From a virus: a stretch of 64,000 nucleotides of DNA. Within the stretch, counting starts at the first letter, position 1. The number at the start of each line of letters is the position of its first letter. Under the pieces are notes generated by a model, which had not been told where the DNA came from, searched no databases, and saw only the letters and a list, made by a program, of their open reading frames with translations. A program made the position numbers and the translations under genes. The stretch spans positions 32,001-96,000 of IMG/VR virus record IMGVR_UViG_3300042914_002334. One strand, given 5' to 3'. This document shows positions 31,625-40,929 of the stretch, one piece after another.

Positions 31625-31867
31625 TTACTTCTCGTTTCGTTTTAGACTTCTTGTGAATTTTCCTTGATCGCGATTTTTTATAGCAATCAATAGTTTCTTT
31701 TCTAAGATGGCAGCCTGCTCCGAACCAAAGTTTCTTTCAATTACTTCCATTAAATGAATGGCACTTGAAATAACATTGATCGCACGATTTTCAATAATGT
31801 GCTTGGTGTCAACATTTCTGCTAATGGATTCTAATTCTTCCAGTAGACTGCGCGTTTTGTTCTTCAT
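31625..31867 (-). CDS. Hypothetical late protein
   Basis: ATG lies 5 nt after GATAAATA. Confidence 0.65.
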   Translation of the reverse strand: MKNKTRSLLEELESISRNVDTKHIIENRAINVISSAIHLMEVIERNFGSEQAAILEKKLLIAIKNRDQGKFTRSLKRNEK

Positions 31868-31899
31868 AATAATATTTATCGATTTCAGGCTAAATCAGA

Positions 31900-33324
31900 T
31901 TATTGCTTTTTTAGATTGTTCAACATTGCTTTTAATTTTGAACCCTGAGCACTGGCAACGACAGTCTTTTCTGATTCTGTCTGCGTTATTTCTCCTGTGT
32001 TTGAATCAACTTTTACGGTCGGACTTACTGTGCTACTTGCCTTTATCTTATTCAATAATGTGCTTGCACTATTACTTGTTGCAGTATAGCCAGTGCTGTC
32101 CCCATCATCAAAAATTCTAAGAGTTTCAACATTGAATGATAAGTCTACCTTTTGTCCAACACCACTACTACTACGAGTTTTCATTAGTTGTATCTGATAT
32201 TGTCCTCGTTCTCGCATGTGTCTACTTGTAAAAATACCAAACACATTATCTGCGGTGTTGATCTTACTGATACCGCCAGAAATATGACTATGATCGAATT
32301 CTATTTCTTCAACTGCACTACGATTCAACTGACTGGCAGTAACCAATAACACATTTAGTTCCTTGGCAAGATTTCGTATTTCTTCACTTACATATTTGTC
32401 TTTAATAAACAAGTCACTTGGACTTACTTTTGCACTAACTGGCATCAAAAGATCCAAATAATCAATACATACAAAGTCAATTTTAACTCCTGTTTCTATA
32501 CTAAGCGTCTTGATATAGGCTCTAATGTCATTCACATTGCTCTGAGCCGGCATATACTTGATGAAGAACTTGCCGGATTTTTTGGCAATCATCTTGACTT
32601 TTAGTTCAACATCATCGATGTTTTTGAACACCTCTTTAGTAGCGATGTCGGTGGTCATACTATCAATACGCCAAGCACATAATTCTTCGCTAAGTTCAAG
32701 CGTGATGTATACGCCGTTTAATCCAGCGGTTGCCCAATTCACGCTTAGATTTTGCATGAACAAACTTTTGCCGCTACCACTACCGCCAGCAAATATCTGT
32801 AGTTCGCCACGATTGAATCCACCGTATAACTTATTATCGATACACGGCCATCCAGTGCTGATTTGCCCGTTGTTATTTCTAATTTTGTTTAATCTACCTC
32901 GTGGATCACTAAAATAGTCAGTGCCCATATCTTTAGTCAGTGATATCTGAACTGCATCTTTGATTAGTTTTTCAACTGGATCATAATTTCCCTTTTCGAG
33001 CAAGTCTGCACTCTTTAGAATTGCTCGTTCTAATTCCTGTCTTCTGATGAATTTTTCAATCTCATCCAGAAACCAATCAACATCGCTTTGTCGTATGTCC
33101 TCAATTAATTCTAATTTTACTCCAGTAGTGGCCGAAATCTGATTGACATCGGGAACGCTAACATATTTCTCTGCGAATTCTTTGATAAATTTTACCGCAT
33201 CTCTCAGAGATTTGTCAAAGTTCTCGTGATTCAGAATATTACTGATTCTGGTATATAGTTGTGGCTCACTTATCATCATTCGCAAGAATAGCTCTTGCAT
33301 TTCTAAGTTGTATTCTGTATTCAT
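31900..33324 (-). CDS. Replicative helicase (gp41/DnaB-like)
   Basis: GGSGSGKS, ITLEL, IDYLDL, TASQLNR, KTR motifs. Confidence 0.92.
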   Translation of the reverse strand: MNTEYNLEMQELFLRMMISEPQLYTRISNILNHENFDKSLRDAVKFIKEFAEKYVSVPDVNQISATTGVKLELIEDIRQSDVDWFLDEIEKFIRRQELERAILKSADLLEKGNYDPVEKLIKDAVQISLTKDMGTDYFSDPRGRLNKIRNNNGQISTGWPCIDNKLYGGFNRGELQIFAGGSGSGKSLFMQNLSVNWATAGLNGVYITLELSEELCAWRIDSMTTDIATKEVFKNIDDVELKVKMIAKKSGKFFIKYMPAQSNVNDIRAYIKTLSIETGVKIDFVCIDYLDLLMPVSAKVSPSDLFIKDKYVSEEIRNLAKELNVLLVTASQLNRSAVEEIEFDHSHISGGISKINTADNVFGIFTSRHMRERGQYQIQLMKTRSSSGVGQKVDLSFNVETLRIFDDGDSTGYTATSNSASTLLNKIKASSTVSPTVKVDSNTGEITQTESEKTVVASAQGSKLKAMLNNLKKQ

Positions 33325-34283
33325 TTAAATCTCTTTTTTGCCATTTCTACTTTTATTTTACTACTTGTAGCACAAGAAAATATGCTTAGCAAGGTTGATA
33401 GTTTACCGTATCTTTTTACCGCATCATTTACATCTTTAACGTCAGAATGCCATTCTGGTATGCTTACCTTATATCCTAATTCTAATGCTCGGTCGCATAT
33501 CGATAAGCCTGGTTTATCCTGATCAGGAACAACGATGATTGTTCTTCGTAATCTATTTAATAATTCAACTTGACCATCACTGATAGTACTTCCCATATAT
33601 GCACAACCATCTATGCTAAGTGCGTCAAATTGTCCCTCGACGAGAATACAAGTTGTCCATTCTTTTTTCTGTGCATCTATATTGAATATGTATCCGGGAG
33701 TTTGATCCGATAAGTATTTTGGTTTTCTTCCGTCAATGAATCTACAAGTATGCCCAACCATTTCTCTATCGTAGTAATATGGAATTATGATTCCAGGTCT
33801 ACTTGAATCCTCGTCAATATAAAAAGGATATTCTTTGTAATCAATCCCTCTTACTTCGCGTAGATATTTTATATGCTCAAGATGTTCTGGATCGCGCTCG
33901 TCTAATTTTACGCAAGTATCAGAAAGAGATTTTTTGGGAAAGTTTATTACTATTGCTTTCGACTGTTTAGATTTTAGCTCTATCAAACTGCCCTTACTCA
34001 AACTTTCAAGACTTAGTTTATTGATTTCTGATTCATCGACACCACACCAATGTAGCAACAATTTAGTGTGCTTTGTCAGTGACTTTCCGAGAGTAAATCC
34101 TGCCTTAAAGTGGCAATTAAAACAATTGTAAATCCAATTTCTCTCATCATCGAATACTATTCCTCCTCTTCCTCTTGTGTCGGCATTATGCCCACGATGC
34201 AGACAACACGGGGCGTTAAAACTATACCATCCGGATGGAGTTTTACGTTTTTTTCCAGGAATAATAGATAATATATCCAACAT
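33321..34283 (-). CDS. DNA primase (gp61-like)
   Basis: Zn-binding CC.H...CFNC; TOPRIM VEGQFDA and PDQD; KDVND. Confidence 0.88.
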   Translation of the reverse strand: MLDILSIIPGKKRKTPSGWYSFNAPCCLHRGHNADTRGRGGIVFDDERNWIYNCFNCHFKAGFTLGKSLTKHTKLLLHWCGVDESEINKLSLESLSKGSLIELKSKQSKAIVINFPKKSLSDTCVKLDERDPEHLEHIKYLREVRGIDYKEYPFYIDEDSSRPGIIIPYYYDREMVGHTCRFIDGRKPKYLSDQTPGYIFNIDAQKKEWTTCILVEGQFDALSIDGCAYMGSTISDGQVELLNRLRRTIIVVPDQDKPGLSICDRALELGYKVSIPEWHSDVKDVNDAVKRYGKLSTLLSIFSCATSSKIKVEMAKKRFK

Positions 34284-34329
34284 AGATCATAGTCTATAAC
34301 ATTACAAGACTAAAATCAATCTTTATCGT

Positions 34330-35127
34330 TTATCTTACTAAGATTTTGGTAAGATCACCAGATAATGATGAGCCTGTTCCAGAAGATGGGCCTGTTCCAG
34401 AATTTACTATCTTCAATCTGATAAACGGATGATATCCATCTATATTGAAGTAATGATTTCCGCTATCGTTTACATACACCGATTCTGTCCCAATATTATA
34501 TGTCTGAGAAAAATTGGATAGTGTGCTTCCCTGAAATTGTATAGTTCCAGTGAATTGATTTAGTTGCAGTTGAAAGGTATATAGATTTTGTTGCTTAGTG
34601 TAAAAACTACTGCTGTAATGTGTTATTGGTGTTCCAACTACTGGAACTGGATGCGATGGTATGGTCAGTAAATACGATCCAACAAACATCGGCAAAACAC
34701 TATTAACAATTCGTATAACTCCACGAGCGCCACAATTGGCGTCAACGAACACTGGATAGTCGAACTCATCTACTGGAATTTCCAAACTATAGTAGCATAA
34801 TTGAGTTTTTATTTTATCCATCTCCTCGGATGTCACTCTGAGTCCGGCAATTCCAGTTAGCGGAAATATCTCGACTAACGATTTCTGTAGCAGAATTTCT
34901 TTACCACTCGCATCAATGATTCTTGCTGTTATTTCTTTGTTAGAAATATTGACTGGTTTTTGTTCTTGATTCAAGAATGCAAACTCAATCAAGTTGTCGA
35001 TACCACGATTTAATGTTAGTTCTTTGGCGTACACTTTGTTATACCTTATTTTTCCTCGGGCAGCCACATCCAATAAAACCACATGCGTTCTTTGATTGTA
35101 TAAATATACTTGAGATTGGGCTGTCAC
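34330..35127 (-). CDS. Virion structural protein (Ig-like/BppU-like N-domain)
   Basis: RGIDNLIEFAFLNQEQKPVNIS pattern; late promoter and GAGG SD before GTG. Confidence 0.55.
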   Translation of the reverse strand: MTAQSQVYLYNQRTHVVLLDVAARGKIRYNKVYAKELTLNRGIDNLIEFAFLNQEQKPVNISNKEITARIIDASGKEILLQKSLVEIFPLTGIAGLRVTSEEMDKIKTQLCYYSLEIPVDEFDYPVFVDANCGARGVIRIVNSVLPMFVGSYLLTIPSHPVPVVGTPITHYSSSFYTKQQNLYTFQLQLNQFTGTIQFQGSTLSNFSQTYNIGTESVYVNDSGNHYFNIDGYHPFIRLKIVNSGTGPSSGTGSSLSGDLTKILVR

Positions 35128-35149
35128 TTTGTTGTCCTCTCAATTATTT

Positions 35150-35530
35150 ATGTCTAATGATTTTTTTCAAAAACTCACTGTTTCTCATCCATTCATAACT
35201 GTGTTGTCATACGCAGGACAAGAATACATAGGAGTGATTCAGAATCGTGATGATTTCATCACCACCTTCTATGATTACGGAACAATAGTAGATCAAAATC
35301 TAAAAAAGACCTTCTTATCACTCGGTGATCAATGGTGGTGGGAAAGCAACAGATTAATTCCCATAAACATTTTTTTGCGTGACGATTGGAGCGTTTTTAG
35401 ACCGTATCTCAGAACATTCAATAACAAAGGTCTTTCTATACTGCACGGGCCAGCAACTTGTATCAGTGAATTGGCAAAGAAAAGAGTAAAGCGTAAAAGT
35501 ATTACGCTGGTCAAAAGAATTAGCCACTAA
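35150..35530 (+). CDS. Hypothetical late protein
   Basis: ATG 35150; TATAAATA at 35099-35106. Confidence 0.65.
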   Translation: MSNDFFQKLTVSHPFITVLSYAGQEYIGVIQNRDDFITTFYDYGTIVDQNLKKTFLSLGDQWWWESNRLIPINIFLRDDWSVFRPYLRTFNNKGLSILHGPATCISELAKKRVKRKSITLVKRISH

Positions 35531-36083
35531 GCAAATTCATATGCACTGCTACTAAGTGTGCATAACTTATGGCATGTGCCTTTTTGAAGAAATACCCATC
35601 GCCATCTTTTACCCATATCTTTTTTTCTAATTCATTCCACGGTATACCAATAAGATGTTTCTTTCCTGGTCTAATAACACTAAGAAACATAGCCATTTTA
35701 AGAATGCTATCTATCTCACCTGACATGCTCAATATAGTATCGTAGTGATTTCCAATGTGAATAATCTTTTCTACAAACTCACGATTCTTTAACAAAGACC
35801 AATCTGGTTCTTTCATCAGTTCTAACAAATGTGCTTCGCTGGTAACTTGCTTATAAACAAACACATTTAGTAAGTCAAACTTTATATATCCTCGGTTTTC
35901 TGCCTCTACATAATCAATGGCAGCAAGATCGGTCAGTGGATCATATGGAATGTCAGTCACATATATGCCAGTATTGTGCTTCTTAACCGTTTCATCTCTA
36001 ATAGAGGCAGTCACATAGTCTATGTGTTCAAGTATGAGATTTCGGTCGGCAAAGTCTATGTCAATATCAGAAGAAAATTTCAT
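35520..36083 (-). CDS. DnaE (family C polymerase) fragment, minimal catalytic palm/fingers
   Basis: SDIDIDF, KHNTGIYV, GYIKFDLL, IRPG and GYFFKKAHAISYA occur in DnaE order. Confidence 0.88.
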   Translation of the reverse strand: MKFSSDIDIDFADRNLILEHIDYVTASIRDETVKKHNTGIYVTDIPYDPLTDLAAIDYVEAENRGYIKFDLLNVFVYKQVTSEAHLLELMKEPDWSLLKNREFVEKIIHIGNHYDTILSMSGEIDSILKMAMFLSVIRPGKKHLIGIPWNELEKKIWVKDGDGYFFKKAHAISYAHLVAVHMNLLSG

Positions 36084-36802
36084 TTTAATACCTGTTTAAT
36101 AGTTTCGGAAACTTCATTGAACAATTGTCTGTCTCTTGCAAACTTCAAGTTCCATCTTTCTGGATTTATGTATTCCCATATTACTGATCGTTGATCTTCG
36201 TTTATAGTATCCAGAAAATTAAGTCCAGATTCAGACAAATACAGAATCCACGGACTTATCTGACCAGAACTTATCAAACTGCATAACTTATTCTTGCTGT
36301 AGTAAAGCAGTACATCAGACAACTTTAGATGTTCTTTTTCAGAAATGTCAAGCATAGTTTCAATGCTTCTTCTAACCGCATCAAATGGGTCTTCTGTTCT
36401 CAAGTATTGTATGAGATATTTGGTATACTGCTGATCGCGTGCCCAGTTGTCTATCGAGACGTTATTACTCAACAAGTGATTCAAATACTCAGTAGAGTTT
36501 ACGACCTTTACATTTACACAATACAATCCAAATTTTACGAATGCAGTATAGTATGCACTCGTCATGAAAGTTCTGTAATCCTTTTTTTTCTTTCCAGGCT
36601 GACATCTTGAATAGAAAGTAAGCCAGGCGTTAAATGCGATTCTATTCTGCGGCTTTTCTTTATCCTGCCAACGCAACTTTTGCTCACACACATGCTTTAT
36701 CAGTGTGCTTTCTCTAACAAAAGTTCGGTTGCAATGATCGCAGGTATTTAAGTCAGTTTTAGTATCCGTTTTCTGAATCATAGGTTTTAATTTCTTCTTC
36801 AC
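36080..36802 (-). CDS. Hypothetical protein with N-terminal Zn finger (start uncertain)
   Basis: CDHCNRTF..ESTLIKHVC. Confidence 0.6.
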   Translation of the reverse strand: MKKKLKPMIQKTDTKTDLNTCDHCNRTFVRESTLIKHVCEQKLRWQDKEKPQNRIAFNAWLTFYSRCQPGKKKKDYRTFMTSAYYTAFVKFGLYCVNVKVVNSTEYLNHLLSNNVSIDNWARDQQYTKYLIQYLRTEDPFDAVRRSIETMLDISEKEHLKLSDVLLYYSKNKLCSLISSGQISPWILYLSESGLNFLDTINEDQRSVIWEYINPERWNLKFARDRQLFNEVSETIKQVLK

Positions 36803-37346
36803 TAACTAACTTACTTAGCAATTCTATTTCATCAAATTTTAGATTTTTGTATATAGTACCGAGTTTATACTTTAGATTAAAATTGTCAGCAAGAGACTTT
36901 GCAGTTTCGTCTATAACATCGGCAGATTCATTCTTGCATATCTTCTTAAGATAATCGGCTATTTCCTTTTTCTTGGTTGGCTCACTCAGTGTGGTTATCT
37001 TATTACTCAGATGAGGAATCCATTGATGATATTGTTTACCCATGCCGGGACTTGCAGCACATAACATTTTCCACTGCAAGTCAGGATGACTCTGCACATG
37101 TTCATTGAACAAATGAGTATTAGCGCAGATATTGGTGCTCATCAAATAGTAGGAACTGATTTCAGACGATCCCTTTACCGCGCTTATCCAATGTGTCAAC
37201 ATAAATGGAACAAACTTTTTACGCTGTTCTTCACTAAGAGATTGAAAGTAGTCATAGTTCTTTCTGTCTATTTGCTCTATTGCCTGAAACAGATCAAAGT
37301 CTTGACGACTGAACTTTTCGTCTTCTGCTGTTGATTTCTTTGCCAT
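36759..37346 (-). CDS. Clamp loader small subunit-like (gp62-like)
   Basis: FVPFMLTHWIS...QWI pattern, size and context. Confidence 0.55.
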   Translation of the reverse strand: MAKKSTAEDEKFSRQDFDLFQAIEQIDRKNYDYFQSLSEEQRKKFVPFMLTHWISAVKGSSEISSYYLMSTNICANTHLFNEHVQSHPDLQWKMLCAASPGMGKQYHQWIPHLSNKITTLSEPTKKKEIADYLKKICKNESADVIDETAKSLADNFNLKYKLGTIYKNLKFDEIELLSKLVSEEEIKTYDSENGY

Positions 37347-37350
37347 AAGT

Positions 37351-37524
37351 TTACGGTGTATCGTTTTTATATTCTACCAATTTTACCTTTGCTTCCGGGA
37401 AGCATTGAAACAATTCGTTTTGTATTGCCTCGGTGACTTCATCACATCCTGATTTACCGTATAGTTCTTCCCAAAATTCATCGTAACCTTCGGTCACTAC
37501 TACTTCAAATTTGTATGTTTTCAT
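37351..37524 (-). CDS. Small hypothetical protein, 57 aa
   Basis: Hand-translated MKTYKFEVVVTEGYDEFWEEL...; fills the gap. Confidence 0.6.
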   Translation of the reverse strand: MKTYKFEVVVTEGYDEFWEELYGKSGCDEVTEAIQNELFQCFPEAKVKLVEYKNDTP

Positions 37525-37525
37525 A

Positions 37526-38029
37526 TTAAAAAGCCTGACTATAATCTACAACTTCACAATTCTTGCTAACTTCTTTGACAAAGTAAATGCATCTTGGCTT
37601 TGAAGTTTCTTCAATTGGAACGCACAGAAATTGTCCATTTCTCAATCTCGGGGCATACCAAGTAACATCATGATACACATCCACTATCTCAATGTCTAAG
37701 AAATTGGGTCTAAAACTACTAAGTGGGTTAAACTCAAATACTTTAAAGCCACGATCATTGATGCTGGTTAGTGGGACTATTTCCAAATCTCCAAAGTCTG
37801 GTTCACCAATTAGTATTTGCCAGTCAAGTGGCATTTTTATTATCTGATCTGCCACTCTCAATACAAGAGCCGGACTATTAAAACTTTCCAAGAATATAAG
37901 TGGTATGTAATGATAGTCCACTGATTGTGGGTTGCTGTTGTCCATTATTGCAAATCTTAAATCGTCTACCTCTTCTGGTAAATTTTCCAGATTGTAAGAA
38001 CTGTTATCTTCTAATGTTAGTATTTTCAT
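37526..38029 (-). CDS. Hypothetical beta-rich protein
   Basis: 167-aa ORF coupled (ATGA) to uvsW. Confidence 0.7.
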   Translation of the reverse strand: MKILTLEDNSSYNLENLPEEVDDLRFAIMDNSNPQSVDYHYIPLIFLESFNSPALVLRVADQIIKMPLDWQILIGEPDFGDLEIVPLTSINDRGFKVFEFNPLSSFRPNFLDIEIVDVYHDVTWYAPRLRNGQFLCVPIEETSKPRCIYFVKEVSKNCEVVDYSQAF

Positions 38030-39483
38030 TTATATTCCAATTTTTCAATAGTGTAAGGGTAATTTGCTTCTCTGTAGAACTCTTTTCTTTTTGTAAGATG
38101 TCGCTTAGCGAATCTACAACTGCTGGTTATATCCCAGATTTGAACGAAGTCTTTGTCTTCTGCTTTTCTAATGCCTCGCCCAATACTTTGTATAACTCTG
38201 ACAAAGCTCTTTCCGGGCTCCAAAAGAACCAGATTAAAAATACGAGGGATATTAATACCCACAGCGGCCACACCATAAGTCGCCACAATAATCTTGTCAT
38301 CACTAATCGCAACTTCATCATATTCTTCCTTACGCTCTTTTAGTTTTGTTTTTCCGCGAATGAACACGCTGTTTGGCAATCTTTTTACTAATTCTTCTCC
38401 AGCAGCAACTCTATCGACCAAAATCAAAGTATTTCCCGAGTCAACTATCTTTTCTATCAATGACGATATTACATTCAATCGTTTCTCGTCAGTTAGTAAA
38501 TGAGAAAGTTCGCTCTGATAATCTCTGAATTCTGCATTGTCTTGCATCTGCACAACGTTTACATGACACATAGACAGAACGCCAACATTTTGTAATTCGT
38601 TAGCACTGAGTTTGCCAATCACCGAACCTATACAAGTGAATAGTGCCTGACTGGCATATTTATCTTTCGGAATAGTTCCAGTCAAACCCCATCGAATTGG
38701 AATTTTGGACATTACTCCGCTTAATAGAGTTTTGAGTGCGTCGGCTTTTACAGAATGCGCCTCGTCTATCATTATACAGATAACACCATCAATGAATTCA
38801 TCAATCGTAATGTCAGTGTTGCCGTCTTTGGTATTCTTGAGCAAGTTGTTCAAACTTTGCCAAGTGCAAATTGTATGTTTGCGACCGTGCTCTTTTCTGT
38901 CTCCGAAATATACGCCAACATCTAAGCCAAGATTTATGTAATCTGCTTCGGTTTGAGTAACTAATGATTTGTTTGGGACAACAACTATCGTTCTGCCCGA
39001 ATTTTCACAGCAGTAACTTAATGCTGCTGTAATAATCGTTTTTCCACTGCCAGTAGCAATCTCTTGCATGCTCTGCGGATTGTTCAAAAACTTGTTGACT
39101 ATCTCAACTTGATAGTCTCTAAGAACTATAGGCTGTCCCGCAATTGGGTGTCCGGCTGGCCAAGTTTTATGACTGAATGAATTTTCGTTTATCTCGCTGA
39201 ATTCAAAAACGGTAGAGTAATCTCTGGTATCTTCAAGTTCAATGTCGTAATTGCACTCTTCTAAATACGGAAGAATTTCTTCCAGTAAGTTTATGTATGT
39301 GGATCCACCCAATTGAAAGTAGGACGCTTTGCCATCCCATCTTCCTAATCTCACGCTTGGTAAATATTTTGCTCCTGGTATTTCATAACTGAACTTTTTC
39401 ACAAGAGCACGACGAGCATCTAAATCCAATCCCTCTATTTTTGCATTTACTTCGTCGCGAATTATTATTTTACATTTTTTCAT
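38026..39483 (-). CDS. uvsW: UvsW-like SF2 helicase
   Basis: LRDYQ, ATGSGKT, DEAH, GLTGT, QSIGRGIR. Confidence 0.9.
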   Translation of the reverse strand: MKKCKIIIRDEVNAKIEGLDLDARRALVKKFSYEIPGAKYLPSVRLGRWDGKASYFQLGGSTYINLLEEILPYLEECNYDIELEDTRDYSTVFEFSEINENSFSHKTWPAGHPIAGQPIVLRDYQVEIVNKFLNNPQSMQEIATGSGKTIITAALSYCCENSGRTIVVVPNKSLVTQTEADYINLGLDVGVYFGDRKEHGRKHTICTWQSLNNLLKNTKDGNTDITIDEFIDGVICIMIDEAHSVKADALKTLLSGVMSKIPIRWGLTGTIPKDKYASQALFTCIGSVIGKLSANELQNVGVLSMCHVNVVQMQDNAEFRDYQSELSHLLTDEKRLNVISSLIEKIVDSGNTLILVDRVAAGEELVKRLPNSVFIRGKTKLKERKEEYDEVAISDDKIIVATYGVAAVGINIPRIFNLVLLEPGKSFVRVIQSIGRGIRKAEDKDFVQIWDITSSCRFAKRHLTKRKEFYREANYPYTIEKLEYK

Positions 39484-39535
39484 CAAGACAGTATATACAA
39501 TTCAATGCTGAATTGTCAAACATCTTATAGCCAAA

Positions 39536-39754
39536 TTATTTGGCACTGGACTTTTTTAAAATGACCCAATCATTGAATGGCGTTATTTGTTTGCCATTAT
39601 CAAGTAGCAATTTGCTACCTTCGACTGCGGTTACTGTTCGCGTCTCGCCAGTTTTTTTGCTTTTGATAACATCGCCGCGCATTATTCCGCGACCATATGG
39701 ATACTTGCTTTCGCTTCCACCATAACTCTCATTCAATAGTTCTGTTATCTTCAT
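39536..39754 (-). CDS. Small probable head-internal protein
   Basis: MKITELLNES leader; ATG lies 5 nt after ATAAATA. Confidence 0.6.
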   Translation of the reverse strand: MKITELLNESYGGSESKYPYGRGIMRGDVIKSKKTGETRTVTAVEGSKLLLDNGKQITPFNDWVILKKSSAK

Positions 39755-39775
39755 GTAGTTATTTATTCAAAAAGC

Positions 39776-39800
39776 AAAAAGGACTCCGAAGAGTCCTTTT
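39776..39800 (-). terminator. Terminator closing the early cassette array
   Basis: aaaaggactc-TTCG-gagtcctttt with a UUCG loop on the minus strand. Confidence 0.85.
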
Positions 39801-39815
39801 ATTGAGTGCAGTATT

Positions 39816-40865
39816 TCAGCCAGCTCGCATGCAAGTCTCACGAGCCAGACCCTTCCAGTCGGAAGCATCGATCCTGAACAGATCGGCAATCTTGAGACTC
39901 ATACGCAAAGAAATTTCGCGCATCTTGGTGCGATTATCCCACATAAAGTCCATAATCTGGTTCGCTTGATCAGCGTCAAAATCATAGTCAGCAAACAGAC
40001 CACCAACCGAATCCTTGCTGGCATCCGCGTGAACCTGCTTGATACGAAGCATCTTATCACGCTCGGTGTTGATGGTCAGGTCCAGATAGTGACAACGAGA
40101 TTGCAGTGCCTCCAAGTGTGCGGTAATTTTCTTGCTGCGACGATCATTAAAGTCCAGGTTAGTCACGAAGATGCACGAACCATTGAACTCGAAATCGGTC
40201 GGAATGCCTTCCTTACGCAGAAAAGAAGAGTCGCTGTTCCACCAAATCCGGCGACGCTTGCCAGAATCCAGTGCAGCCTTCAGAATGTTGAGTGCATCTG
40301 GGTCATCCCAAACATCGCAATCGTCAAAAACCAGCACATTCTTGCTATCGCTATACTTATACAGCAGAGCATACAGACCAATGGCAGTAATAGCACCCTT
40401 GACAATTTCGAAGCGAGTGCGCTTTCCGGCCAACTTATCGAATAGACTTGCCTTCTCCAGTTGAGTTTCGATACCAAAAGACTTGCCAACGCCAGGAGGG
40501 CCAGTAACAATCATGGCGCGACACTCACCGTTGATAGTGGCCTTGGTCATGGTGTCCAGAATGCCAAAGCGACGACGAATGCGATTCATGGCTTGCTCGT
40601 CCGTCTCGTTAGTCTCCTCGACCACAGAAGCGGGAACGAAAGCGGCAACACGGGCAGAAGAAGAAGAACTCACCAGAACCTCGACATCAGCCGGATTGGC
40701 AATTTCAATATAGACTTGTCGAGAATCGCCTGGCAGTTGACCCTCATTCTTGACTTGAACGCGACCAGAAGTAGATTCGAGCGGGCGAGCCAGCGTGAAG
40801 GTGAGATTTTCCACGGCATAGTTCATCTTACGATACACACCGCGCTTGACGAGAATCTTGGACAT
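39816..40865 (-). CDS. AAA-type P-loop ATPase (early)
   Basis: GPPGVGKS, VLVFDDCD, ALQSRC. Confidence 0.8.
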   Translation of the reverse strand: MSKILVKRGVYRKMNYAVENLTFTLARPLESTSGRVQVKNEGQLPGDSRQVYIEIANPADVEVLVSSSSSARVAAFVPASVVEETNETDEQAMNRIRRRFGILDTMTKATINGECRAMIVTGPPGVGKSFGIETQLEKASLFDKLAGKRTRFEIVKGAITAIGLYALLYKYSDSKNVLVFDDCDVWDDPDALNILKAALDSGKRRRIWWNSDSSFLRKEGIPTDFEFNGSCIFVTNLDFNDRRSKKITAHLEALQSRCHYLDLTINTERDKMLRIKQVHADASKDSVGGLFADYDFDADQANQIMDFMWDNRTKMREISLRMSLKIADLFRIDASDWKGLARETCMRAG

Positions 40866-40897
40866 TTCGAGAACCTTTCTTAACTGTCGATAGATGT

Positions 40898-40926
40898 ATT
40901 ATATACAATAACCGATTTATTGTCAA
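40898..40926 (-). promoter_or_regulatory. Early sigma70 promoter P1
   Basis: TTGACA-17-TATAAT. Confidence 0.9.
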
Positions 40927-40929
40927 ATT

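Noticed and set aside
22167-36083. Split-intein DnaE as in cyanobacteria
   Set aside because: Neither fragment has intein N- or C-terminal motifs or spare sequence at the junction.
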